NCBI GenBank assembly: GCA_031359445.1
Contig: JANMAE010000071.1
Coordinates: 13,029 to 77,028 of the forward strand
Source: Hyphomicrobiales bacterium
GTDB lineage: Bacteria > Pseudomonadota > Alphaproteobacteria > Rhizobiales > Aestuariivirgaceae
Length of the DNA: 64,000 nucleotides
Direction: 5' to 3'
Each line of letters starts with the position of its first letter. The stretch's first letter is position 1. Positions 37,030 through 46,961 of the stretch are shown here, piece after piece. A program made the translations under genes and the position numbers. The notes beneath the pieces are model-generated. The model was not told the origin of the DNA, did no database searches, and saw only the letters and a list, made by a program, of their open reading frames with translations.

Positions 37030-37815
37030 ATGATCATTATTGTGGACGAGCGTTCAGAAGTTACTCAAGCTTACTGCGCCAGTTTCGGCCGTGAGGGCCT
37101 CACGACAACAGGTTTTAACCAGGTTGAGTTCGAAGGCTGGTTTCATTCAGCCAGTACTCAAGATCTTGCGGCGGTTGAAACCATCATTGTGGGAAGTTTT
37201 CCGGATCGTGAGCGCTCAATTACAGCGATCAAGGCCCGTTCAAGTATTCCAGTCATTGCTGTAAATGAAACGGTAAGCCTGGATGCGATGCTGTCATTGT
37301 TTGCAACAGGTGCGGATGACGTTGTACGCAAGCCTGTGCATGCCCGCGAATTCATAGCGCGAATCGCAGCAATAAAGCGCCGCATCTGCGCTGCCACGCG
37401 GCATTCTGAATTTGGAAATTTAAAAATTTATTTTGATGGCCGTGATCCCGAAATCAATGGCAAGGTTTTAATGTTGCCACGCCGCGAACGCCGTATCCTT
37501 GAATATCTCGCCGCCAACCGCATGCGCCGTGTCAACCGCTCCCTGATTTTTCATGCCATCTACGGCTTGTTTGACGAGGAAGTTGAAGAAAGCGTTGTGG
37601 AAAGTCACATCAGCAAGCTGCGCAAGAAACTGAAACACGCTTTGGGATATGATCCGATCGATACCAAACGCTATCTCGGGTATCAGCTGGTGGGTCCAGG
37701 CGAAAATCACCAAAATGTTGTAGCCGAAGACGTTTTTGTCAACGCACATCCGGAAGTAGCCCTCGCAAATCTGGGCTTTCCCAACCCTTCTGAGCTGCTG
37801 GTTGAAGCAGCTTGA
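37030..37815 (+). CDS. ftcR: FtcR/Rem-like flagellar master regulator (atypical receiver + OmpR-type winged helix)
   Basis: The N-terminus (MIIIVDERSEV...SFGREGL...GF) and the ...DDVVRKPVH... region are receiver-like. The C-terminal part (PRRERRILEYL..., VVESHISKLRKKL) is an OmpR/PhoB-type DNA-binding domain. The gene heads the flagellar regulon, as ftcR does in Brucella and rem in Sinorhizobium. Confidence 0.7.
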   Translation: MIIIVDERSEVTQAYCASFGREGLTTTGFNQVEFEGWFHSASTQDLAAVETIIVGSFPDRERSITAIKARSSIPVIAVNETVSLDAMLSLFATGADDVVRKPVHAREFIARIAAIKRRICAATRHSEFGNLKIYFDGRDPEINGKVLMLPRRERRILEYLAANRMRRVNRSLIFHAIYGLFDEEVEESVVESHISKLRKKLKHALGYDPIDTKRYLGYQLVGPGENHQNVVAEDVFVNAHPEVALANLGFPNPSELLVEAA

Positions 37816-37846
37816 GGAGCGGAGACTGTGGCGGGGTCAATCATAG

Positions 37847-39190
37847 CTATTCCGAGAGCTGAGCCGCTACCTCAGCAAATGGATCAACACTTGGTGGTGA
37901 ATCAGGTGACTGCACAAGAGACTGATAAAGCTTAGGGACGATGGCCAACGCCTTGTCCAACTCGAGATCACCACCAGGTTGATAGCCGCCCATGGCGCGA
38001 AGGTCACGCGAGTCCTCAAAACGTGCGATCAGTGCCAGCAGCATGCGAACCAATTTGCGCTGGTCCGGCGTCCAGATATTTTGCGACAGGCGCGAAATGG
38101 AAGACAGCAGGTTGACGGCAGGAAATCGCCCCTGTTCAGCGATCTGCCGGCTGAGTACGATATGGCCATCGAGAGTGCCGCGAATGGCGTCTGCAATGGG
38201 ATCATTGTGGTCATCGCCATCGACCAGCACGGAGAAAATCCCCGTTATAAAACCACTGTTTGACGCACCAGGGCCAGCGCGTTCCAGCAGTTTGGGAAGA
38301 TCCGAGAATACGCTCGGGGGATAGCCGCGGGCCACCGGGGCTTCGCCTGCCGACAAAGCCACATCGCGACAGGCGTGTGCATAACGGGTGACAGAATCCA
38401 TGATGAGGAGGACGTTCTCGCCGCGATCACGAAAATATTCGGCCAGCCGCATGCCGGTTTTTGGTGCGAGCCGCCGCATCAACGGACTTTCATCTCCGGT
38501 TGCGACAATGGAAACCAATCGTTGCTTCTCCTTGCCAAGCGTCGACTCGGCAAATTCTCTCACTTCACGGCCGCGCTCGCCCACCAGAACAACGACCACG
38601 GTATCAAATCCCTTCGCGCCCGAAAGCATGGAAAGCATCGTCGATTTGCCCACTCCCGATCCGGCGAAGATGCCGAGACGCTGGCCGCTGCAGATGGGCG
38701 TAAAAATATCGATGACGCGAACTCCGCTTTTGACCGGAGTTTTCACGGCCTGTCTGGACATGGCGGTGGGCGGAGCCTGATTCAGGGAAAGCGCATTTGA
38801 TCCCGGCAATAACTCTGGTCCGCCGTCAATGGCGCGGCCAAGCGCGTCAATCATGCGGCCTTTCCAGCTTGGATCGGGCCTTATCGAAAGATTGCCTCCA
38901 GGCGAAACCATGGTCGCAAGGCTAATTTCCGAGCCTTCATCAAATGTTCTGGCCAGAAGAGTCTCGCGGTCAACACGAACAACCTCCGCCAACAGAGTTC
39001 TTCCCTGTAAGTGAAATTTTACGAGCGAGCCCAGCCTTGCAAATTGCGAAAGTCCTTGAACCCGGAAACCGTTTGCAGTTGCCTCAACGACTCTGCCCAA
39101 GGGCTCGGCCAGGGGAGCTATCAAATGCAACTTCCGCATTTTGGAGGCTAGCGCTTCGAGTCCCCCAGACAATAGCGGTTGCATATTCAA
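37847..39190 (-). CDS. fliI: Flagellum-specific ATP synthase
   Basis: Walker A GSGVGKST, Walker B LLIMDSVTRYA, overall F1-beta-like organisation. Confidence 0.95.
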   Translation of the reverse strand: MNMQPLLSGGLEALASKMRKLHLIAPLAEPLGRVVEATANGFRVQGLSQFARLGSLVKFHLQGRTLLAEVVRVDRETLLARTFDEGSEISLATMVSPGGNLSIRPDPSWKGRMIDALGRAIDGGPELLPGSNALSLNQAPPTAMSRQAVKTPVKSGVRVIDIFTPICSGQRLGIFAGSGVGKSTMLSMLSGAKGFDTVVVVLVGERGREVREFAESTLGKEKQRLVSIVATGDESPLMRRLAPKTGMRLAEYFRDRGENVLLIMDSVTRYAHACRDVALSAGEAPVARGYPPSVFSDLPKLLERAGPGASNSGFITGIFSVLVDGDDHNDPIADAIRGTLDGHIVLSRQIAEQGRFPAVNLLSSISRLSQNIWTPDQRKLVRMLLALIARFEDSRDLRAMGGYQPGGDLELDKALAIVPKLYQSLVQSPDSPPSVDPFAEVAAQLSE

Positions 39191-39204
39191 GCGCGATTTC
39201 CCAC

Positions 39205-39927
39205 TCAGGCGCCGCCAAGAATCTGGATGGCTTTCTTGAGCGAAGATTCACTTTCCTCAATGGATGTCTGCAACCCATCGAATGCCCGTGTCACCATGAT
39301 GAGATTGGTCATTTCTGCCACCGGGTTCACATTTGAATCTTCGACGAAACCTTGCATGATGCCGTCAGCGGTGAAGGAAACTACAGGCGTTGCCGGAGTT
39401 GCAGGAATAATGGAAGAGTTTTCAAATCTGTTATAGCCGTTGGAAGGGTCCACCTGAAACAAACCAAGCGCGCCCACGCGTTTGCCACTTTGGCTGATCG
39501 TTCCATCCCGCGAAACAATGGGCGGTCCGGCGGCGGCATTGAGCAGGATAGGGGCATTCCCGGCATCAAGCACAGGATATCCATTCAACGTTTGCAATTC
39601 ACCGGTTTCCTGCATCTGCATGCGGCCATCGCGCGTATAGGCGATTCCGCCTGGTGTTTGAATGGCAAGCCAGCCCTTGCCCTGAATGGCGACATCAAGC
39701 GGGTTGCCCGTTTTGTTCATGCCGCCAGCACGCTCTGAAATATAGGATTCGCCCGCCGTGGAAAAAGCCGTCGGATTGCTCGACATGCGCGACAGCACGG
39801 TATCAAACTTCAATTCTTCCGATCTATATCCCACCGTTCCGGCATTGGCGACATTGTTGGCGATAGTGGCCAATCTTCTATCAAGAGCGATCTGTCCTGA
39901 CAGGTTCACATAGAGGCCCGCCTGCAT
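39205..39927 (-). CDS. flgF: Flagellar basal-body rod protein FlgF
   Basis: N-terminal IANNVANAGTVGY rod motif and C-terminal SNVNPVAEMTNLI...RAF motif; 240 aa. Confidence 0.85.
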   Translation of the reverse strand: MQAGLYVNLSGQIALDRRLATIANNVANAGTVGYRSEELKFDTVLSRMSSNPTAFSTAGESYISERAGGMNKTGNPLDVAIQGKGWLAIQTPGGIAYTRDGRMQMQETGELQTLNGYPVLDAGNAPILLNAAAGPPIVSRDGTISQSGKRVGALGLFQVDPSNGYNRFENSSIIPATPATPVVSFTADGIMQGFVEDSNVNPVAEMTNLIMVTRAFDGLQTSIEESESSLKKAIQILGGA

Positions 39928-40712
39928 CAGTTAGCTCCTCCAATGCGCAGTGATTGAATTTTGGCCAGCGTTTCCATGCTGGTTATGGATTGCACGCCTT
40001 GCCCGAGAATGATGTTGGGCGCGCTGCTTGCTGCTGTTCCGTTCCGCAACTCCCACATGCTGGTGAAACGTGTGAGAAATTTGTTCACGACAGCGGGGTC
40101 ATTCAGATTTTCAAGATCAATTTTGGATTTGATGATTTCAGCCTGCGCATCTAGGTTGCTGGCATTGGCTGATGAGGTGAGGCCGAGGGTGACTTGTGCC
40201 ACCTTGTAAAGGGCGGCATCACCCAGAATGCTGTAGGCGCTAGTGATTTCCGATGCCTTCCTGCGGAAATAGAGTGCCAGCCGAACGCCTTCATTGGCGC
40301 TTCCTGCATCTTCCTCCAACTGGATCTGGACATATTTCTCGACCACGCCTTTTCGCGTCCGGTCAAAAATTGTCGTGGTACTCCCCAGGCTCTTGAAGTT
40401 GAAAGCTGTTGCAAGTTCCTTGAATCTGGGATCGGTGAGCTGGTTGGTAAAGCTCTTGGCAGAATCAATCCCATCCGTCAGAACCTTTTTGACGAAGGCT
40501 TTTGCATAGATCATGTCTTTCAGGCCAAATGCCTTCATGGCGTAGGAATAGACCCGGTCATTCGCCATGAAATCCTCTATGGATTTGATTTTGCCGATCG
40601 TATCCATGTAATATTTGGTTTCGCGCTGTACCTGGGGCGTATTGCTTATGCGGGCAAGCGACTTTTCGATGTTCTGTGTCAGCATCTTAAACGTGGCGTT
40701 TGTAGATAGCAT
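39927..40712 (-). CDS. DUF1217-type flagellar-cluster protein
   Basis: N-terminal YYMDTIGKIKSIEDFMANDRVYSYAMKAFGL resembles the DUF1217 repeat family found in rhizobial flagellar clusters. First gene of the fliI operon. Confidence 0.6.
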   Translation of the reverse strand: MLSTNATFKMLTQNIEKSLARISNTPQVQRETKYYMDTIGKIKSIEDFMANDRVYSYAMKAFGLKDMIYAKAFVKKVLTDGIDSAKSFTNQLTDPRFKELATAFNFKSLGSTTTIFDRTRKGVVEKYVQIQLEEDAGSANEGVRLALYFRRKASEITSAYSILGDAALYKVAQVTLGLTSSANASNLDAQAEIIKSKIDLENLNDPAVVNKFLTRFTSMWELRNGTAASSAPNIILGQGVQSITSMETLAKIQSLRIGGAN

Positions 40713-40856
40713 GGAACTGCCCTCTCAAAATCAAACTGCATGATCAAGGTCCCACCTTGTCCGGAACTTACGAAGTGCGCCAAGTTTCGGGCAAGTCTGG
40801 GCTTCTACGAGAGGAGGGCGCGCCGGAAGTGAGCCCGCTTTTCCAGGAGCTCTGAA

Positions 40857-41729
40857 TTGTCCTTTGTTATCGGTCTGGTTCTCACCTTATCAAGCATTCT
40901 CGGTGGCTATGTGGCCTTGGGAGGCCATCTCTATGTGCTGTGGCAACCCTTCGAATTCATCATTATCCTGGGATCCGCCATAGGAAGTTTCTTTGTCGCC
41001 AACCCCATGAAAATCGTGAAGGACACAGGCGCGGGCATCATGGAAGCAATTAAGGAGTCCACGCCCAAGCCCCGCGACTATCTCGATCTGCTGGCGCTGC
41101 TCTACGGTTTGATGAAGGAATTGCGCTCCAAGTCACGCACCGAAATGGAAACGCATGTCGACAATCCAGAAGAGTCTTCCATCTTCAAGAGCTATCCCAC
41201 CATTCTCAAGGACCACGCGCTGCTGCATTTCATTTGCGATTATGCGCGCCTGATCGTCATCGGCAACGCGCGCAGCCATGAAATCGAAGCCCTGATGGAC
41301 GAGGAAATTGAAACGATCGGCCATGACAAGCTGAAAGTATATCACGCCATGCTCGGAATTTCCGACGGCCTTCCTGCTTTGGGCATCGTCGCAGCCGTTC
41401 TCGGCGTTATTCACGCCATGGGTGCACTGAACGAGTCGCCGGAAGTCTTGGGCCACCTTATTGGCGCAGCTCTCGTGGGCACGTTCGCCGGGATCTTCTT
41501 TTCATATGGCTTCTTCGGACCCTTGGCTACCAAGATAAAGTCGGTGCGCGAGAAGAAGGTAAGACTATACGTGATCATCAAACAGACCCTTATCGCCTAC
41601 ATGAACGGTGCAATGCCGCAGGTGGCGCTCGAACATGGCCGCAAGACAATTTCCGCCTATGAACGGCCCACAATCAATCAGGTCGAAGAAGAAACACTGA
41701 ACCACGGAACCGTTGAACGCGCCGCATGA
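40857..41729 (+). CDS. motA: Flagellar motor stator protein MotA
   Basis: Four-TM profile with conserved C-terminal [16 protein letters not shown]. The predicted start is TTG. Confidence 0.9.
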   Translation: MSFVIGLVLTLSSILGGYVALGGHLYVLWQPFEFIIILGSAIGSFFVANPMKIVKDTGAGIMEAIKESTPKPRDYLDLLALLYGLMKELRSKSRTEMETHVDNPEESSIFKSYPTILKDHALLHFICDYARLIVIGNARSHEIEALMDEEIETIGHDKLKVYHAMLGISDGLPALGIVAAVLGVIHAMGALNESPEVLGHLIGAALVGTFAGIFFSYGFFGPLATKIKSVREKKVRLYVIIKQTLIAYMNGAMPQVALEHGRKTISAYERPTINQVEEETLNHGTVERAA

Positions 41730-41740
41730 GGTAGTTACAC

Positions 41741-42649
41741 ATGAACACATCCCATTCGCCGGAAACGGCAAAACCCCTTTCTGCAGCGGCTATACGTTCA
41801 AGGGTGGAAAAATCCAGCGACAGCATGGCCATGCTCCCAAAGGCTTTCTATCGATTTGGGCAAGCGGTTGTGAAGGAGCTTTTGAAGTTTGCGCCTGCTG
41901 CGCCAAGTTTTTCATATGACGGAAGCCAGAAAACCGAAGCACACCAAGTCAAAGAAATTGATGATAACGCGAACCTCTCGGAAGTTCTCGTCAGTGGAGA
42001 TCTGCGCGAATCCATTCGCATCACGGTCGACAGGGAAATCGTCTTTGGAATCTGTGATCTGGCTTTCGGCGGTGTTGGAAATGAACCGGCCTATGCGGAG
42101 GCGCGGCCATTTTCGAAGATTGAATGCGCCGTCATGCGGCTCTTCTTTGACGCTGTCGGCCGCTCATTGCCCGCCGCGTTCTTTAATATTTCCCTGAAGG
42201 ATTTCTTCGTGGCGCCCGTCCAGAACCCGAATGAAGATCCGTTCTTTCCCCCGTTCAAACCATTCATTTCCGTAAGAATGCTCTGCAACATCCACGGTTA
42301 CAGCGGTGAAATGCGCATTGAACTCCCGGAGAAACTTGCCACTCTCATAAGACCGGCCGGTGAGGAAAAGTTGACTTCAAGTGCCTTGCCCACGTCCGAA
42401 TGGGGAGCCAAGATTTCCGACCGCGTGGAAAACATTGAGATGGAACTCACAGTCGTCTTGTCGGAATTCATCATGAGCCTTGACCGGGTTACAAAACTGC
42501 AAACCGGTGAGATCATAGAGCTTACGAATGATATCAGCAGTTCCCTTGCGGTTTGCAGTGAAGGCGTCAAACTCTTTGACGCGAAACTCGGCCAGTCTGC
42601 CAGGAAATTCTGCGTGAGCATTGAGAAATCAATCGCTTCTCCGGGCTGA
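41741..42649 (+). CDS. fliM: Flagellar motor switch protein FliM (short rhizobial type)
   Basis: Called from its position between motA and fliN, a C-terminal SpoA-like region (LQTGEIIEL) and its 302-aa length. Confidence 0.75.
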   Translation: MNTSHSPETAKPLSAAAIRSRVEKSSDSMAMLPKAFYRFGQAVVKELLKFAPAAPSFSYDGSQKTEAHQVKEIDDNANLSEVLVSGDLRESIRITVDREIVFGICDLAFGGVGNEPAYAEARPFSKIECAVMRLFFDAVGRSLPAAFFNISLKDFFVAPVQNPNEDPFFPPFKPFISVRMLCNIHGYSGEMRIELPEKLATLIRPAGEEKLTSSALPTSEWGAKISDRVENIEMELTVVLSEFIMSLDRVTKLQTGEIIELTNDISSSLAVCSEGVKLFDAKLGQSARKFCVSIEKSIASPG

Positions 42650-42745
42650 TTTCCTGTTTCAAACTTCCGCATAATTTTCCCACAAGCTTTCTGCCTGATG
42701 ATGCATCTCATAGCTAGATGGTTGCCCAGAGTGAAGGAACCCTAA

Positions 42746-43177
42746 ATGGATGAGAATTTTGCGAAACCTTTTGAGATAGGAGAACTCGAAGGTGGGTCGG
42801 CGCAGAATGCCAATGCATTGGAAAGGGCCATCCCGCAATCCGAACCAAATGGATTCGTCCGCAATAGGGTCATCGAAAAACCGCCTCGCACAGGGGAGGG
42901 AGTGATGCAGAAGGGTTATCTGCTGAATATACCCGTGAATGTTCAGGTTGTCTTGGGAACCACCCGAATGGCGCTTTCGAAAGTTATGGCGCTGGGTCCT
43001 GGTTCCATCGTTGCCTTGGACAAGGAACTTTCGGAGCCCGTTATTCTCCTCGTCAACGGAAATGAAGTGGCCAAGGGACTCATTGTGGTTGTGAACGAAA
43101 CAACGGGCCAACTGGGGATTTCACTCACGGAGATTGTATCTGGCAACTCGAACGAAAACCCGTTGCGTCCGGTATAG
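42746..43177 (+). CDS. fliN: Flagellar motor switch protein FliN
   Basis: C-terminal SpoA domain: LLNIPVNVQVVLGTTRMALSKVMALGPGSIVALDKELSEPVILLVNG. Confidence 0.85.
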   Translation: MDENFAKPFEIGELEGGSAQNANALERAIPQSEPNGFVRNRVIEKPPRTGEGVMQKGYLLNIPVNVQVVLGTTRMALSKVMALGPGSIVALDKELSEPVILLVNGNEVAKGLIVVVNETTGQLGISLTEIVSGNSNENPLRPV

Positions 43178-43196
43178 TTGCACGAAAGCCAAGGTT

Positions 43197-44207
43197 TTGA
43201 ACAAGGAAAACATCAACGAGAAAGCCACCAAGGCTGCCATCATTTTGCTGGCAATGGGCGGCTCGCTGGGTTCCCAGTTGATGAAAGGCTTCGAATCGGA
43301 GGACATCAAGAGCTTTGCGGCAACGGCCGCTTCCGTAACGGATGTTGATCCCGAGTTTCTCAATGAGCTTGTGGAGGAATTTTCCTATGAAATGAGCAAG
43401 CCGGAACTGTTGCAGGGTGGTGACCAGAAAACCCGCGCCTTCCTCACCGAGGCCTTGCCCGCTGAGCAGGTGAACAAGATATTAGGAAAGGAAGAAGTTG
43501 TATTCACTCCGGTATGGCAAAAATTTACTGCCGGTTCTGAGAATACGTTGGTGCCCTACCTGCTGGACGAACATCCCCAGACAATAGCGTTTATTCTCAC
43601 AAAGCTCGATCTTGATCTATCGGCCCGCATCGTCTCGCTGTTGCCCCGCGACATGCGCGACTCGGTCACGCGCAGATTGTTGAAAATGCAGACGGTGGAA
43701 AGTGAACCCAGCAAAGTCGTTCAAAACTGCCTGCAGGCTGATCTCCTAATGCAGGCCGACACAGGTTTGGAAAAGGAGGGCCGCACGCGCATGGCAACTC
43801 TTCTCAACAAAATGGACAAGGAGCAAGTGGACTTGATTTTGGACGGCTTGAAGGCCGTAAGGCCAGCCGAGGCCGCGGCCATCCGCAGGCTGTTGTTCTC
43901 CTTTGACGATATATTGAAGTTGGACCAGAAATACCGCCTCATCTTGTTCGACAAGGTGCAGACGGAACAGGTGATGCTTGCGTTGCGTGGCGCTGATGCA
44001 GCCCTGAAAGAAACCATTCTATCCTCCCTAGGCGCTCGTGCCCGCAGGATGATAGAAGCGGAGCTTACTGGCGGTGAAACAGAAGTAACCAAGGAAGTGG
44101 CTGCGGCAAGGCAATCAATCGCCGAAATGGCTCTCAAACTGGCGGCCAGCGGTGAAATTGTGATCGCGGACCCCGACGCCGATGCAAGCGCTGGAGCCGC
44201 TGCATGA
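43197..44207 (+). CDS. fliG: Flagellar motor switch protein FliG
   Basis: KAAIILLAMG N-terminus, EHPQTIAFIL, and a C-terminal torque-helix region. I placed the start at TTG 43197, after the fliN stop. The ORF is open from 43134, so the start is uncertain. Confidence 0.85.
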   Translation: MNKENINEKATKAAIILLAMGGSLGSQLMKGFESEDIKSFAATAASVTDVDPEFLNELVEEFSYEMSKPELLQGGDQKTRAFLTEALPAEQVNKILGKEEVVFTPVWQKFTAGSENTLVPYLLDEHPQTIAFILTKLDLDLSARIVSLLPRDMRDSVTRRLLKMQTVESEPSKVVQNCLQADLLMQADTGLEKEGRTRMATLLNKMDKEQVDLILDGLKAVRPAEAAAIRRLLFSFDDILKLDQKYRLILFDKVQTEQVMLALRGADAALKETILSSLGARARRMIEAELTGGETEVTKEVAAARQSIAEMALKLAASGEIVIADPDADASAGAAA

Positions 44208-45292
44208 GTGATGATAATGATCGCGAAAGCAAAACACAGGACGCTTCTGAAAAGAAGCTCAAGGATACAATGGAAAAGGGAAATGTCCCGGTTTCCCGGG
44301 AAGTTCCCGTATTCCTGTCCATGATCAGTATCCTGATCGTTTGCAGCCTGATGTTGAGCGCCAGCGCCGCAGGACTGGAACGGATGCTGGGAACATTGCT
44401 GGCTGATGTTGGAACACTCCGCTTGGACACTCAGAGAGATGTGCAGGGCCTGTTCGCACCTCTGGCACAGGAAGCATTCAAGCTGATATTTCCCATTCTG
44501 GGCGTGCTCATGGTCGGCGGCATCATCTCGTCACTGGTGCAGAACCCCTTCCAGATCACCTTTGAACGTATCATGCCAAAAGCATCACGGCTATCAATCG
44601 TACAAGGATGGAATCGCATTTTCGGCATGCGCGGTGCCATGGATTTCGCCAAGTCCCTATTCAAGTTTGGTTCCATTTCCTTGATCCTCTATGTCGTCGT
44701 GAAAGCCGAAATGCCCGCGGCCATCAGCGCCATGATCAAGCCCCCGCAACTCCTGCCTGATATCATCTTGAAGATTGCCGTCAAGCTCGTATCTGCCATC
44801 GCGATTACCGCCTTTGTGCTCGCCGTTGTCGATACGTTCTGGAGCCGGATAACCTGGCGCAGGGATTTGCGCATGACCCATCAGGAGGTCAAGGACGAGC
44901 ACAAGCAGGCCGAAGGCAACCCTATGATCAAGATGCGTGTCAAGTCGTTGGCCAGGCAGCGTTCATCACGTCGCATGATGGCGGCAGTGCCCAAGGCGAC
45001 CCTGATCATTGCCAATCCCACCCATTACGCCATAGCGTTGCGCTATGTTCGAAGTGAAGGTGGCGCCCCAATTGTTCTTGCTAAGGGCAGGGACACCATG
45101 GCCCTTAAGATCAGGTCAATTGCGGAAGAACATGGAATCTCGGTGATGGAAAACAAGCCGCTTGCCCGGGCCATGTATGACAAGGTGGAGGTGAATTCCA
45201 TGATACCGCCGGAATTCTTCAAGGCCATCGCCGAAATGATACACTTCCTGCAAATGCGACAGGTCGCAAATGCGGGCCACGGAAGGAACTAG
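44204..45292 (+). CDS. flhB: Flagellar type III export gate protein FlhB
   Basis: N-terminal ESKTQDASEKKLKD, four TMs, and the autocleavage motif NPTHYA. Confidence 0.95.
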   Translation: MSDDNDRESKTQDASEKKLKDTMEKGNVPVSREVPVFLSMISILIVCSLMLSASAAGLERMLGTLLADVGTLRLDTQRDVQGLFAPLAQEAFKLIFPILGVLMVGGIISSLVQNPFQITFERIMPKASRLSIVQGWNRIFGMRGAMDFAKSLFKFGSISLILYVVVKAEMPAAISAMIKPPQLLPDIILKIAVKLVSAIAITAFVLAVVDTFWSRITWRRDLRMTHQEVKDEHKQAEGNPMIKMRVKSLARQRSSRRMMAAVPKATLIIANPTHYAIALRYVRSEGGAPIVLAKGRDTMALKIRSIAEEHGISVMENKPLARAMYDKVEVNSMIPPEFFKAIAEMIHFLQMRQVANAGHGRN

Positions 45293-45293
45293 C

Positions 45294-45773
45294 ATGAACG
45301 TAAGTAAATCCCTGCGTTTTTCCGATTTCGAGCGGCAAATCAATGAATCCCTTAGAGAAGTGGCGCTGGAGTTGCGTTCCGTCGAAGTGATCGATCTTGC
45401 GAGCTACATCCACACCATGAAATTGGCAAATGTGGGTGACCTCATCAACTCGGCGCTCGAGTTGTATTTCAAACCGCACACCTTGATCTTTGCATATTCC
45501 GGTGATGTGGATGTATCGTGGTTTGGAAGCCCCAGCGTGAGTCTCGACATGGAGTTGCATCATGATGGCGTTGACGTCTATTTCCGGCTGGTGATCGAAG
45601 CTCTGTCGGTTGGCGTGCACATCAACTATATGACGGTAGATGGCAAGTCCTGTGACGACGAATCGGAAGCCTTGCGGTTTGCCAATGCCATTGGATCGGC
45701 GAAATATCCCGATGTGCCGCATTCGTCAAACAATTCAATCCTGCAATCTGGTTCATTTCGCTCATTTCATTAG
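45294..45773 (+). CDS. Hypothetical protein between flhB and flgB
   Basis: ATG 45294 is preceded by GGAAGGA at 6 nt and lies 1 nt after the flhB stop. No recognisable motif. Confidence 0.45.
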   Translation: MNVSKSLRFSDFERQINESLREVALELRSVEVIDLASYIHTMKLANVGDLINSALELYFKPHTLIFAYSGDVDVSWFGSPSVSLDMELHHDGVDVYFRLVIEALSVGVHINYMTVDGKSCDDESEALRFANAIGSAKYPDVPHSSNNSILQSGSFRSFH

Positions 45774-45840
45774 CGGTTGAAGCAACAGCCCCGGACAAGT
45801 TTGCTTGCGTAAACTTTACATAGAAAATGTGGAGTTATCG

Positions 45841-46221
45841 ATGTCGCAAGTGCAATTTATGGCTTTGGCCCTTCAGAAAGCGGATTGGCTTTCCACACGG
45901 CAATCAGTCCTTGCGCAGAATGTTGCCAATGTGAACACACCGCATTATCGCGCCAAGGATATCGCCTCATTTGAATCCTTTCTCGATAATTCGCAAATCT
46001 CCATGGTAAAATCTAATCCGCTGCACATGGATATGGAGCTCAGCGCCGTGGAACAGCCACGGATGAAAGCCGACGGGACGGGCGATGCAAACTTCTCTGG
46101 CAATAATGTTTCCCTGGAAAATGAGTTGATGAAACTTGGCGAAACCAACAGCCAGTTCGCGCTCAATACCGGCTTGATCAAATCATTCAATCGCATGCTG
46201 GCCGCAAGTCTGAAAGGTTGA
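45841..46221 (+). CDS. flgB: Flagellar basal-body rod protein FlgB
   Basis: The [19 protein letters not shown] rod motif. ATG 45841 is preceded by GGAG. Confidence 0.85.
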   Translation: MSQVQFMALALQKADWLSTRQSVLAQNVANVNTPHYRAKDIASFESFLDNSQISMVKSNPLHMDMELSAVEQPRMKADGTGDANFSGNNVSLENELMKLGETNSQFALNTGLIKSFNRMLAASLKG

Positions 46222-46223
46222 TC

Positions 46224-46646
46224 ATGGGCGACGCACTTATTTCATCCATAAAAACCTCTGCTTCTGGTCTGGAAGCGCAATCCATGCGCTTGCGGATAAT
46301 TTCAGAAAACCTTGCCAATGCTCAATCCACAGGTGCCACGCCCGGCGCGGATCCCTTCCGCAGGAAAACCATAACATTTGGAGCCGAATTGGACCGCTTG
46401 ACGGGAGCATCACTCGTGAGCGTGAAGAACGTGGGCGGGGACCAAAGCCCCTTCAAGCTCGAATTCAACCCAGGAAGCCCAGCCGCAAATGCAACGGGCT
46501 ATGTCAAGATGCCGAATGTGAACCTCATCACGGAGATGGCCGATATGCGCGAAGCCAACCGGTCATATGAATCAAACCTGCAAGTTGTGAAGCAGGCGCG
46601 AGAAATGATTTCTATGACCATTGACCTGTTGAGGAGTGGAAATTGA
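46224..46646 (+). CDS. flgC: Flagellar basal-body rod protein FlgC
   Basis: [23 protein letters not shown] and C-terminal [19 protein letters not shown]. Confidence 0.9.
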   Translation: MGDALISSIKTSASGLEAQSMRLRIISENLANAQSTGATPGADPFRRKTITFGAELDRLTGASLVSVKNVGGDQSPFKLEFNPGSPAANATGYVKMPNVNLITEMADMREANRSYESNLQVVKQAREMISMTIDLLRSGN

Positions 46647-46951
46647 TTACTTCAGCAATAGGCGTAAGCCCTCTCGCCGGAATGATGCAGGGTACACGTC
46701 CTTCCGCCGCAAATTCGGAAACGATTTCAGTCGGAACGGGTTTTGAGTCCATCCTCAAGTCTTTCGTGACCGGCACAGTGGACGCATTGCGCAATGGCGA
46801 GTCCACGGCAATTGCCGCCATTGAGGGCAAAGCTTCGACGCAGCAGGCGGTCATGGCAACTATGCAGGCAGAGCAGTCCCTGCAGGCAGCCCTCGCCATC
46901 CGTGACAAGGTTGTGAGCGCCTTCCTCGAAATCAGCAGAATGCAAATTTAA
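46643..46951 (+). CDS. fliE: Flagellar hook-basal body complex protein FliE
   Basis: About 100 aa with C-terminal [31 protein letters not shown] start with GAGGAG 6 nt upstream. Confidence 0.8.
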   Translation: MITSAIGVSPLAGMMQGTRPSAANSETISVGTGFESILKSFVTGTVDALRNGESTAIAAIEGKASTQQAVMATMQAEQSLQAALAIRDKVVSAFLEISRMQI

Positions 46952-46961
46952 GGAGAGATGA

